Made by a program: the position numbers and the translations under genes. The notes under the pieces are model-generated. The model was not told the DNA's origin, did no database searches, and saw nothing but the letters and a program-made list of their open reading frames with translations. From the NCBI RefSeq assembly GCF_004010195.1, contig NC_057737.1, forward strand, positions 19,938,327 to 20,002,326: a stretch of DNA of 64,000 nucleotides. The letters are read 5' to 3'. Source of the stretch: Chiloscyllium plagiosum (lineage: Eukaryota). The number at the start of each line of letters is the position of its first letter. The first letter of the stretch is position 1. Positions 39,720-51,920 of this stretch are shown here, in pieces.

Positions 39720-41345
39720 CGAGAGGTTAATCATGGTTCACATCAACTCCATTTGACCAAATTGCCTTGATCCTTTGCATTTCGTCTACCAGCACAACAA
39801 GCCCACAGCTGACACCATTTCCCAGGCCCCACACTCATCCCTGGAACATCTGGATAACAAGGATATCTACATCAGGCTCCTATTGATGACTACTGTTCCA
39901 CCTTCAACACCATAATTCCAAACCAACTCATCTCTAAACTCTGAGACCGAGGTCTCGGCTTCCCCCTCTGTAACTGGATCCTCAGTTTCCTGACTCAGAC
40001 TACAAGCAGTAAGGATAGGCAACAACACCTCCTCCACCATAATCCTCAACACAGGTACCCTGTAAGGCTGCATACTCAGCCTCCTACTGTACTCCTCATA
40101 CTCTCACGACTGTATGGCCAATTCCATCCCAGCTCCATTTTCAAGTTGTTAACAATGCCACCATTGTAGATCAGATCTCGAACAACGACAAGATGGAATA
40201 CAGGAAAGAGATTGAGTGCTTAGCGGCATAATTAAAAACAACAGTCTCTGCATCAATGTTAGCAAAGTAAATGAACTAGTCATTGACTTCAGAAAGATGA
40301 GTGGAGGGCACACCCCTGTTTGCAAAATCATAGAATCCCTGCAGTGTGGAAACAGGCCCTTTGGTCCAACAAATTCACACCGACCTCCGAAGAGTAACTC
40401 ACCCAGACCCATTCCCTAAATCTATTACATTTACCCCTAACCTACGCATCCATGAATACTATGGGCAATTTTAGCATGGCCAATTCATCTAACCTGCACA
40501 TCTTTTGGATTGTGGGAGGAAACCAGAGGACCCTAAGGGAACCCACACAGACACTGGGTGAATGTGCAAACTCCACACAGTCACCCGAAACTGGAATCGA
40601 ACCCGGGTCTCTGGCACTGTGAGGCAGCAGTGCTAACCACTGAGCCACCATCCCACATTAATGGTGCTGAGGTGGAGATGGTTGAACATGTCAAGTCCCT
40701 GGGTGCGATGATCACCAACCATCTGTCCTGGTCCACCCACATCAACGAGAGTGTCAAGAAAGCACAACAACATCTCTACTTCCTCAGGAGAATAAGGAAA
40801 TTCAGCATGTCTATGAGGACTCTTACCAATTTTTATAGATGCACCATAGAAAGCATCCTATCTGGATGTATCACAGTGTGGCATGGCAACTGCTGCTCCC
40901 AAGACTGCAAGAAACTACAGAGACTTATGAACACAGCCCAGCCCATCAGACAAACCAGCCTCCCACCCATTGGCTCCATCTGTACTTCCCGCTGCCTTGA
41001 GAAAACAATGCCAGTTATACTCTCTTTCACCTTGCCAGGCCAGTTATTCTCTCTTTCACCAGAAGATATAAAATTTGAAAATATGTAAAAATAGATTCAA
41101 GAATGGCTTCTTCCCCAGTTATCAGACTTTTGAACATACATCTCAAATGTTAATTCAGATCTCTCTGTCTCTGACTCTCTCTGTCTCTCTCTCTCTCTCT
41201 TTATCTCTGTGCACCTTTTCTGCAGTTGTAACATTGTATTCTTCACTCTGTTCTGCTACCCAGATTCACTTTCTACAATCTGCCTCTATATCATGCAAAA
41301 CAATACTTTTCACTGTGTCACAGTACATGACAACAATAAATTAAT
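39720..41345 (+). mobile_element. Rex1/Babar-type LINE, degenerate RT and 3' end, with nested HE1
   Basis: Fragments such as STFNTIIPNQL, NTGTL*GCILS and KKAQQHLYFLRRIRKF...FYRCTIESILSGCITVW are Rex1-like. The 3' end reads actgtgtcacagtacatgacaacaataaa. Confidence 0.85.
40327..40654 (-). mobile_element. HE1-type V-SINE nested in the Rex1 LINE
   Basis: Interrupts cacccctgtttgca|...|cattaatggtgctgaggtggag and is homologous to 29188-29504. Confidence 0.9.
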
Positions 41346-41637
41346 CAATTATTCAATGAGTAAAAATCACATGATTTGAGGGGAGGGTTTATTATTCAGG
41401 CAAGATAACTATAATGTGCTGCAGATTAAAGCAAACAATGTAGGTTCAGTCCCCGTACTGGTTGTGGTAGTTTGTGGAGACCCTGCCTCCTCACCATATC
41501 CCATGCTTGTGGAATGGTTTCCTTCAAGTTAGACATAACCAATTTTCTCTCTCTAATAGAGACAGATGCCTTTATGGATTATGGCTCCACACTGTATCAT
41601 ATTATTCATTTAAGCTAACTCTGACCAATGCTTTTGA

Positions 41638-42745
41638 TGTGCCATAGAAAGCATCCTATCTGGATGCATCACAGCCTGGCATGGAAACTGCTCTGCTCAA
41701 GGTCGCAGGAATGTGCAGAGAGTTGTGAACATAGCCCAGTCCATCACACAAACCAGCCTTCCTTCCATTGACTCGGTCTGCACTTCCCACTGCCACGGGA
41801 AAGCAACCGATATAATCAAAGACCCCTTCCACCCATGTTATACTCTCTTCCACCCTCTTCCATTAGGCAAAAGATACAAAAGTTTGAAAACATGCACCAA
41901 CAGATTCAAGAACAGCTTCTTCCCTGCTGTTATCAGACTTATGAACGGACCTCAATATATTAGAGTTGATACAAAGAACAAAGAAAATTTACAGCCCAGG
42001 AACCGGCCCTTCAGCCCTCAAAGCCTGAACCAATCCAAATCTACTGTCTAAACCTGTCGCCCAATTCCTAAGTATCTGTATCCCTCTGCTCCCCACCTAC
42101 TCATGCATTTGTCCAGACACATCTTAAATGAATCTACCGTGCCTGCCTCTACCACCTATGCTGGCAACGCATTCCAAATGCCCACCACCCTCTGTGTAAA
42201 GTATTTGCTGCGAATATCCCCCTTAAACTTTTCACCTCTCACTTTGAAAGCGTGACCTCTCGTTATTGAATCCTTCACCCTGGGAAAAAGCTTGTCTCTA
42301 TCCACCCTGTCTACACCCTTCATAATTTTGTAAACCTCAATCAGATCCCCCCTCAATCTCCTTTTTTCTAATGAAAACAAACCTAACCTACTCAACCTTT
42401 CTTCAAAGCTAACATCTTCCATACCAGGCAACATCCTCGTAAACCTTCTCTGCACTATCTCCAAAGCGTCCACATCTTTTTGGTAATGTGGCAACAAGAA
42501 CTGTACACAGTATTCTAAATGCGGCCGATCCAATGTCTTGTACAATCTTAACATGACTTGCCATCTCTTATACTCTTGATCTTTCTCTGTACCTTCACTA
42601 TAGCTATAACACTACATCTGCATTCTGTTCTATTACCCTTATTTATGTACGTAAGGTATGATTTGTCTGGATAGCACACAAAACAATACTTTTCACTGTA
42701 TCTCGGTACATGTGACTATAACTAAATCAAATCAGATCAAATCAA
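41638..42745 (+). mobile_element. Second Rex1/Babar 3' fragment, split by a CR1 insertion
   Basis: IIKDPFHPCYTLFHPLPLGKRYKSLKTCTNRFKNSFFPAVIRLMN. The 3' UTR resumes at 42581 and ends in (aaatc)n. Confidence 0.85.
41971..42575 (-). mobile_element. CR1 LINE 3' end with 5-bp TSD TTGAT
   Basis: LYKTLDRPHLEYCVQF...LFSLEKRRLRGDLIEVYKIM...WNALP. ttgat occurs at 41966-41970 and 42576-42580. Confidence 0.92.
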
Positions 42746-44563
42746 AAAGTCTCTACATGTGCTCCAGTGGCATTTTTGCTGCCAAACTAATCACATTGGC
42801 TTAAGCTCCCCCCTACTCATATTGAAACTCATCTCTAGCAGATAGGGACTTCTCACTGTAGTCATGTCCTCCTGATTCCAGCCTCCAGGGTAATCTGCTT
42901 ATGGATGGCTAGCTTGCCAGCCTCTACAAAGCAAGTTGTCAGTCTGGGAGCAGAGATTTGTGAAGAGTCTCAAAAGGGTGACGTGCTGCTCCAGTGGAAG
43001 GATCAGGAAACTGACTGGCCGATTTCAAGAAAATATTTTATTTTAGCTAAGAACCTGTGCTGAGCCACAATCTGTGAATATTTGTGCACCCCAATCATCT
43101 CTGCCTGTCTCGCTTCTCTCACTTACCTCTGAATGCTGGGTACCAATATCTAACAAGAGTCTGTGCAGCTTACAGAGGGTATAAATGGCACAAGGATAGG
43201 TAATGGCTAAGTGGTATTATCACAGACTCTTTACCCAGAGACCTAGGTAATATTCTGGGGGCCTGGGTTCAAATCGTGACAGATGGTAGAATTTGAATAC
43301 AGTGCAAATCTGGAGTTAAGAGTTTAATGACAACCACCTCCTCCAAGACTTCCGTTTCCCCGGCCCCCAACGCCTCATCCTTACCATGGATATCCAATCC
43401 CTCTGCACCTACATCCGCCATGACCAGGGTCTCCAAGCCCTCTGTTTTTTCCTCTCCCGACGTCCAACAGTACCCTTCCACCGACACTCTAATTCGTTTG
43501 GCTGAACTGGTCCTCACCCTTAACAATTTCTCCTTCGAGTCCTCCCTCTTCCTCCAGACCAAAGGGTAGCCATGAGTACACGTATGGGCCCCAGCTATGC
43601 CTGTCTCTTTGTTGGCTACGTAGAACAGTCGATCTTCGTAATTACACCGGCACCACTTCCCACCTCTTCCTCCGCTACATTGATGACTGCATTGGCGCCA
43701 CCTCGTGCTCCCGCGAGGAGGTTGAGCAATTCATCAACTTCACCAACACATTCCACCCTGACCTTAAATTTACCTGGACCATCTCTGACACCTCCCTCCC
43801 CTTCCTGGACCTCTCCATCTCCATTAATGACCACCGACTTGACACTGACATTTTTTTACAAACCCACCAACTCCCACAGCTACCTGGATTACACCTCTTC
43901 CCACCCTACCTCTTGCAAAAATGCCATCCCGTATTCCCAATTCCTCCGCCTCCGCCGTATCTACTTCCAGGAGGACCAGTTCCACCACAGAACACACCAG
44001 ATGGCCTCCTTCTTTAGAGACCGCAATTTCCCTTCCCACGTGGTTAAAGATGCCCTCCAACGCATCTCGTCCACATCCCGGACCTCCGCCCTCAGACCCC
44101 AGCCCTCCAACCGTAACAAGGACAGAACGCCCCTGGTGATCACCTTCCACCCTACCAACCTTCGCATAAACCAAATCATCCGCCGACATTTCCGCCACCT
44201 CCAAAAAGACCGCACCACCAGGGATATATTTCCCTCCCCACCCCTTTCCGCCTTCCGCAAAGACCGTTCCCTCCGTGACTACCTGGTCAGGCCCACGCCC
44301 CCCTACGACCCACCCTCCCATCCTGGCACCTTCCCCTGCCACCGCAGGAACTGTAAAACCTGCGCCCACACCTCCTCACTCACCTCTATCCAAGGCCCCA
44401 AAGGAGACTTCCACATCCATCAAAGTTTTACCTACACATCCACTCATATCATTTATTGTATCCGTTGCTCCCGATGCGGTCTCCCCTACATTGGGGAGAC
44501 TGGGCGGCTCCTAGCAGACCGCTTTAGGGAACATCTCCGAGACACCCACACCAATCAACCAAA

Positions 44564-44603
44564 NNNNNNNNNNNNNNNNNNNNNNNNNNNNNNNNNNNNN
44601 NNN
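44564..44603. other. Assembly gap (40 N)
   Basis: Run of n characters. Confidence 1.
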
Positions 44604-44855
44604 CATCAATGTGGACTTCAACAGTTTCCTCATTTCCCCTTCCCCCACCTCACCCTAGTTCCAAACTTCCAGCTCAGCACTGTCCCCATGACTTGTCCTA
44701 CCTGCCTAGCTTCTTTTCTACCTATCCACTCCACCCTCCTCCCTGACCTATCACCTTCATCCCCTCCCCCACTCACCTATTGTACTCTATGCTACTTTCT
44801 CCCCACCCCCATCCTTCTCTAGCTTATCTCTCCACCCTTCAGGCTCTCTGCCTTT

Positions 44856-44891
44856 ATTCCTGATGAAGGGTGTTTGCCCGAAACGTCAATT
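44856..44891 (+). ncRNA. Minimal hammerhead ribozyme motif in PLE terminal repeat
   Basis: attc-CUGAUGA-A-GGGU(GUUU)GCCC-GAAA-CG-UC-aatt. Core intact, palindromic ACGU stem III, stem I weak. Confidence 0.65.
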
Positions 44892-45877
44892 TTATTGCTC
44901 CTCGGACGCTGTCTGAACTGCTGTGCTCTTCCAGCACCACTAATCCAGAACCATGAATCATTGTCAATTATTGGAAAAAAAACTTTGAGTTCATGAATGC
45001 CCTTCAAAGAAGAAAACTGCAATCCTTACCCTGATCTGGCCTACATGTGACTCCAGATCCACAGCAATGTGATTGGCTCTTAACTGTCTCCTGGGCAATT
45101 AGGGATTGGCAATAAATGCTAGTCCAGCCAATGACTGCCTCATCCCATGAATGAATTTAAAAAAACACAGTGGAGCAATGTTTCCTTTATTAGTAAATGA
45201 TTAAGAAATGGTGCACCCTTTCACCCTGATAGTTATTTTTACTGAACCTGTTCAGACATGTTATAACACACCTGTGGTGGATAAAGGACTTGAAACCAGG
45301 CCTCCTGGCCCAGTGTAGAGACAATACCACTGTTCCACATAACTCTTCCTTCTGCCGTTATATCGCAGCATCCTGGACACATTTAAAGTCAAGTGCCACC
45401 CTGTGTAGTTTTCCATCTCTTCAAGCCTCAGAGGTATCCGCTGAATCTTTGAAGGGAAGCAGAATTCCTGGGCCTGCACATTGTTGCCTTACTGTTAAGC
45501 AAGTTAACAGGTCTCAGACCACACACTGAATTTCTCACATGAATACCTAGTGCAGAATAACAATGCTTTATTTAAGCAGGAAACTGCAATCAGCATGGTG
45601 AAACCTCTTCCAGACACTGTAATTTAAATGAGTTAATTTTATGCAGTGTGCAAACAGAAATTCACTTGATTGGTGCATTATCATAGCACAGAAATAAATG
45701 TCTAATACTAAGCTACATCCATATCTAATGGTGCTGATTGGTAAAGCCATAGTTTCTGAAAACAGCCAATGGATACAGCCTTTACTCATTTAAATACATA
45801 GTTTGGGTTGAGAACCTCCTTTGGCCTTACAGTTTTCAGTTGATTTTGGTTTCTGCATCATACCTGGTCTTTTCAAT

Positions 45878-46640
45878 CATAGAACACAGAAAATCGAATA
45901 GTATGGCACAGGAACAGCCTCTTCAGCCCACCATGTCTGTGCCAATAGTGATGCCATTCTAGACTAATCCCATCAGCCAAAACCATTTCTGTTGCCCTCT
46001 GTTCTCTGTCTGTTCATGTCGCTATCTAAATGCCTTAAAATGTTGCTATCATATCTGCTTCTACCACTTTTCCTGGCTGCATGTTCCAGGGACCTAGTAT
46101 CCTTTCTCTGAAAGATTTGCCTTGCACATCTCCTTTAAACTCCCCCCACTTGTAAATCAACACCCCGTGTAATTTGTCATTTCCGCCATGGGGAAAGGAC
46201 TCCAACTATCCATCGTATCCATGCATCTCGTAATTTTATAAACTTCTATCAGATCGCCCCTCAGCCACTGATGCTCCAGCAAAAACAATCCATGTTTGTC
46301 CAACCTCTCCTTGTAGCTAAACAGGCAACATTCCGGTAAACCTCTTTTGCTCCCTTTGCTAAGCTTCCACATCCTTCCTATAGTATGGGGGCTAGAATTG
46401 CATGCAATACTCCAAATATGGCCTGATTAAAGTTTTATACAACTGCAATATGAATTGTCAACTTTAATACTCAATGTCCCGACTAGTGAAGGCTAACGCA
46501 CACTATGCCTTCTTTACCACCTTTTCAACTTGTGTAGCCATTTTCAGGGAGCTATGGAACTGCATCCCAACATCCCTCTGTATATCAATGCTTCAAAGGG
46601 TCCAGCCATTTACTGCATACTTTCCTCATTCATTTGACCT
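45878..46640 (-). mobile_element. CR1 LINE 3' fragment
   Basis: Minus-strand translation ...SYKERLDKHGLFLLEHQWLRGDLIEVYKI. Confidence 0.85.
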
Positions 46641-47096
46641 CCTTTGTGTCTTGTGTCCAATTCTGATTTTAGACTTTTCGTCTTGTCTAGTGTTTCATTC
46701 ACCCCTCTGTAAACTTTGCCTGCTATCTCCAGAAATACAGTTTGTTCAATTTTTTTTCAAGCAGCTTCTCTAACAGAGGAAGGGGAAGCGTGAAATAGTT
46801 TTGTAATTTTCTCAGCTTTAAGTCCTAGAGCAGTTCATTTTTCCGTCATTATGCCAAGCAGTGTTCTTTCAACTGGAAATATGTAAATAACAGAGAAAAG
46901 CCCTAACTTAGCTTGTTAATAGACCATTCTAACAAATGCTTGGAGAATGGTCGAGGTAACTATTTCACTACAAATGGGAATTCCATTATCAAAATAGTCA
47001 AGAGGATAATTTATACGCCTTCCTCTTTATTACAAACTGTTAGATTGGTTCTTAAATAATATATTATGACAACTTTTATGGGATTATATTAAGTGA

Positions 47097-47378
<282 letters not shown>

Positions 47379-48055
47379 TGACAAAGAAAAATCTTACCTT
47401 CAGGTGAAATTATTTTTGATGGGGTGTTTTGGCGGGATCTATTTTGTCAAAACTGTTAATGTTTTAGTCACTTTGGATGGGTATTTATTCTTATTCTCAG
47501 GCTTCGGATGTCATGGGAGTACTCTTAACTAATACTTTAATTCTGCCCTCATTTGTAGGAGTGTTGGCCATAATGATTTCTGATCATTCAGAGTCCAGTT
47601 TGCTGCATTTTACTGACCTTGCCAATGGTCCTCAATTTAATGGCCCAAGTGTAACAGGCAGCTTTCAGCCCAGACAGAGAATAGGCAGGACACTGTGTCC
47701 CACCACTTGAGAAATGCTTCCTGTTTACTATACCACTGGACCACAAACAAAGCAATTGAGAGTCAAAACCATTGCTGAGAATTTTACTTCTTACAGAAAA
47801 ATGTAAAATATGCTTAAATAAACTTAAAAAGTTGTAACCCATGTTAATAAAAAAAACAGCTTTGAACTTAGTCATTTCCAATATACCAAATAATCTAGTT
47901 ACAAGCATGCAAAATTGGAAGTTACAATGATTAAAATACTTGTAAACATCCCACAGTCTGATGTAGCAAGAATAGAACTTGACTTATTCAATCATTGTAA
48001 AACTTTGGTTCTGCTAACACAGCTTAAAATGACATCCATCTGATTTTCATTTCAG

Positions 48056-48094
48056 TTACTTATGATAAATACTTCAATGAACGTAGACTGGAAG
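48056..48094 (+). CDS. sez6: SEZ6 39-nt juxtamembrane microexon (VTYDKYFNERRLE), not in ORF track
   Basis: Branch-like ctgcTAAC at 48011-48018, acceptor tgattttcatttcAG, strong donor G|GTaaga. Phase 1-1 and frame-preserving. The peptide resembles the 13-aa stalk segment of the SEZ6 family as recalled (ASLDGFYNSRSLD in SEZ6; VAYEELLDNRKLE in SEZ6L2). Confidence 0.88.
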
Positions 48095-48192
48095 GTAAGA
48101 TTATATGACTGACCTTTAACTGCCTCCCTACAAGAATGTGCAGAAAGTGCTGTTTTGATAGTGTCACCCACTGTCCAAGGATGACTTAACTC

Positions 48193-48300
48193 CTCTGAAG
48201 AAGAGTCATAACGGACTTGAAAAGTTTGCTCTGTTTTTCTCTCTCCACAGATCCTCCAGACCTGCTGAGTTTCTCCAATATTCTCAGTTTATTTTATGTT
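48193..48300 (+). mobile_element. PLE-terminus module with hammerhead-like core ~100 nt downstream of the microexon
   Basis: CTGAAGA-agagtc(ataacg)gactt-GAAA-agtt, followed by ctctccacagatcctccagacctgctgagtttctcca (family of 23088). Confidence 0.7.
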
Positions 48301-48964
48301 ATATTAAATTCATTGGATACTGCTTATAAACAAATATGCCTGAAAAAGGCTTTGGATTCTCTTTTGTATAAATACCTTTTCCATCAGCCAATGTTTTATT
48401 TTCGCACCAATATTTGCAAACTTGGATCTCAGATCTTGAGGTTTAGTCTATATAGGAGCAGGCAAACTTCTGTGCAGAAAGTTGAGCTAAATCAAATTTA
48501 CAGTCTGACATTAGGAGTAACGCACCCTGCTAATAAATTAACTTTTCATTAACACTTTTGATTTTTAAATCTTCAAATTATGCCAGTCTTTCCCCTACAT
48601 GAATCATACAGGTAACTTGAATGATCAGCCATAATTTAGAAAGTGGAATTAGAAAGCAACACAGGCCCACTGAACATGCCTGAACTTACACTTTTGCAAA
48701 AATAAATTGAATGCAAATTTTGAATGATTTTATATTTTGATCTGCGATTTCTAGTCCAGTCTTCACAGTATTGTTTCTGTCCATACGTATCCCTCATTCC
48801 ATAACTACAGATTTTGAAAGAGACAAAGTGCACCAGACCAGAGAGAAAAAAGAGAAATAGTAAGAAGAAGTGAGTCATAGTTGGAAATGAAAGTACTGGT
48901 CATAGAGGCTCTTTAGGAAATTTGTGAAGCATCAGAATATCAACTGTGCATTAATGATGTAAAT

Positions 48965-50058
48965 AGAGTCATACAGTCATAGAGATGTACAGCATAGAAA
49001 CAGACCCTTCGGTCCAACCCGTCCGTGCCGACCAGATATCCCCACCCAATCTAGTCCCACTTGCCAGCACCAAGCTCATATCCCTCCAAACCCTTCCTAT
49101 TCATATACCCATCCAGATGCCTTTTAAATGTTGCAATTGTACTAGCCTCCACCACTTCCTCTGGCAGCTCATTCCATACACGTACCACCCTCTGTGTGGA
49201 AAGGTTGCCCCTTAGGTCCCTTTTATATCTTTCCCCTCTCACCCTAAACCTATGCCCTCTAGTTCTGGACTCCCCCACCCCAGGGAAAAGACTTTGTCTA
49301 TTTATCCTATCCATGCCCCTCATGATTTTATAAACCTCTATAAGGTCACCCCTCAGCCTCCGATTCTCCAGGGAAAACAGGCGCAGCCTATTCAGCATCT
49401 CTCTATGGCTCAAATCCTCCAACCCTGGCAACATCCTTGTAACTCTTTTCTGAACCCTTTCAAGTTCACAACATTTTTCCAATAGGAAGGAGACCAGAAT
49501 TGCACGCAATATTCCAACAGTGGCCTAACAATGTCCTGAACAGCCACAACATGACCTCCCAACTCATGTGCTCAATACTCTGACCAATAAAGGAAAACAT
49601 ACCAAATGCCTTCCTCACTATCCTATCTACCTGCGACTCCACTTTCAAGGAGCTATGAAACTGCACTCCAAGGTCTCTTTGTTCAGCAACACTCCCGAGG
49701 ACCTTAGCAGTAAGTGTATAAGTCCTGCTAAGATTTGCTTTCCCAAAATGCAGCAACTCACATTTATCTAAATTAAACTCCATCTGCCACTTCTCAGCCC
49801 ATTGGCTCACCTGATCAAGATCCTGTTGTAATCTGAGGTAACCTTCTTCGCTGTCCACTGCACCTCCAATTTTGGTGTCATCTGCAAACTTACTAACTCT
49901 ACCTCTTATGCTCACATCAAAATCATTTATGTAAATGATGAAAAGTAGTGGACCCAGCGCTGATCCTTGTGGCACTCCACTGGTCACAGGCCTCCAGTCT
50001 GAAAAACAACGCTCCACCACCACCCTATGTCTTTTACCTTTGAGACAGTTCTGTATCC
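48965..50058 (-). mobile_element. CR1 LINE, 3' ~1.1 kb including RT core
   Basis: WRPVTSGVPQGSALGPLLFIIYIND...SKFADDTK...LFSLENRRLRGDLIEVYKIMRG...WNELPEEVV. Confidence 0.95.
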
Positions 50059-50104
50059 TTGGCTACCATAAACTGATTGTGATAAACTTTTGACTGATAA
50101 TGTT

Positions 50105-50430
50105 AAGAAAGGTCTTTTCCCCAGAGAAGGGGAGTCTGAAACTAGAGCGCATAGTTTAAGGTGAGAAGGGAAAGATTTACAAGGGATCTAAGCGGCAACT
50201 ATTTCTTTCAGAGGGTGGTGCATGTATGGAATGAACTGCCAGAGGAAGTGGTGGGGGCAGGTACAATTACAATTTTAAAAGGCATCTGAATGGGTATATG
50301 AATAGGGAGGGTTAAAAGGGATATGGACCAAATGTTGACAAATAGCACCAGATTAATTTACGATATCTGGTCGGTGTGGATGAGTTGGACCAAAGGATCT
50401 ATTTCTGTGCTGTATACCTCAATGACTCTA
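50105..50430 (+). mobile_element. CR1 LINE 3' end, inverted relative to 48965-49290
   Basis: gagggtggtgcatgtatggaatgaactgccagaggaagtggtg is the reverse complement of ~49130-49195. Confidence 0.9.
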
Positions 50431-51599
50431 ATTCATAACTCCAACACAAAACTTCGCCCATTGGGAATTTGTTGGAATCTGACCCCACAAGCATTCACCA
50501 CTAAAAGTAAACATAGGAAGCACAGGCCTACATATTTCATGCAGATGAAGGTAGCCCTTGGAAAATAGGTTCATTAAATGACTCCTTACTTAATGCCCCA
50601 GTTAAGAAGATGGTACACCAGATTTAGGAGAGCCGTTTCTAATAGTATTTCAATCACAGTGCAGTAGATTAATTATGCTACATCAGCAAACAAGCACATT
50701 AAATCAAAATGGGCTATAGATTATCTAACCCGGCATGCTCCTTTTATTGCAGTAGGAGCTCTAGGGAATATCTGATTGCCAGTAATACACTGTAGTGTCG
50801 GCATTTTATGGTTTATATAAACTACAGCTGATTTTCTAATGGATCTGTGCCAAAAGTGTTTTTTTGTAGCAAGTATTGCTGCATGTAGTTCATAAGATCA
50901 ACAAATTATTGAAGCTATTCACAAAGTGTCAAGTGTTGGAGGCACTGACTTGACTTTCTTGAGTGATGAGATGTGCTTTAAGGTCTTAATGGAGATAAAT
51001 GAAAGGTGCTCCATCTTGGAATAGGAAATCGAAAACCAGCACAGAATGAAAAATCTAATTTAAGTAAGCCTAAGGATTGTGGAACTGAGGGAAGCCAGGT
51101 CTGAGGAGAATACATCACCAGGAGCCTTCCATTATAAGCACACAAATTACAATTCAAGGAGGAAACGACTCTCCCAAACTAACTAAACAAAATAAAAGAA
51201 CATAAACTTTCATCAGGTCTTATTCTTTTGGACAGACAGCTTTTCCGTGCTTTAATTCAATTAATTATGATGGAGCGAAAGGTGCTGTAGGAATACACTA
51301 GGAATGGAGCTCAAACCTAACAAACCCCACCGCCCGATAGTATCATTCTCACCAAAGTAAAGGTTCAAAATCAGGCCTTCATGTATTGGAGGGGATTCCA
51401 GTTAAAGCAGTGGTTATGATAACAGTATTTGGAGCTCCCAGTTATGAGGAAAGCATATCATTTGTTTTCGTCAGGAAAAGGGAATACAGATGAGGAGTTG
51501 TGGCCAAGACATTTAAATGCTGAGAATTATTGATGATACAGATTATAAGAGAGACACTTCTGAAGACAATACAGAGAAGAGCCATTAATCAGAGAAGGA

Positions 51600-51920
51600 G
51601 GAACTTGCATTTTCACAGCAACTTTGTCATCCTCCGAATGTTCCAAAAACAAAATACAGCCCATGAATTACTTTTTCTGATTTGAAATGCAGTTATGGTT
51701 ATACAGAAATGCAGCAGCCATTGTCTGTACAGCGAGGTACTAAAAAAAGTAATAAGATAAATGACCAGTAAATTTACTTGGTGGGTTTGACTGAAAGATT
51801 AATGTTACAGTTTAGGGGAACTCTCCTGTTTTTCTGTGAATAATGCCATACAAATCTTACATCCATCTGAGCAACTCCCTAGGTATGTCCCCAGCAATAT
51901 AGTACCCCTTGTTATGTTAG
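51600..51920 (-). mobile_element. Deu-type SINE remnant
   Basis: gaacttgcattttcacagcaactt...aatgccatacaaatcttacatccatctgag, similar to 12530-12885. Confidence 0.5.

Larger units (their letters stand above)
43337..44948 (+). mobile_element. Penelope-like element (Neptune-like Cys linker), frameshifted RT and GIY-YIG, 3' terminal hammerhead
   Basis: RT motifs TMDIQSL, QTKG-AMSTRMGPSYA and RYIDD (~43672-43686), FLDL; linker PCHRRNCKTC; GIY-YIG IIYCIRCSRCGLPYIGETGR. aacca repeat at 43332-43336 and 44949-44953. Contains a 40-N gap. Confidence 0.93.
43200..45165 (+). mobile_element. tRNA-derived SINE split by the PLE at 43337-44948
   Basis: Head tggctaagtggtatt...gggttcaaatc (43203-43275). The body resumes at 44954 and ends catcccatgaatgaatttaaaaaaa. 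Confidence 0.75.

Noticed and set aside
43572-44822. 416-aa ORF as an intact gene
   Set aside because: It is a frameshifted PLE reading through an N gap. The RT motif YIDD lies in a different frame.
47468-47520. Alternative candidate for the stalk microexon (ttttAG|TC ACT TTG GAT GGG TAT = VTLDGY, resembling ASLDGF)
   Set aside because: No phase-compatible GT donor at the expected distance. 48056-48094 has the right length, phase and strong splice sites.
48965-50430. Twin-priming 5' inversion of a single CR1
   Set aside because: Both pieces contain the same 3' end, so they are two insertions or a duplication.
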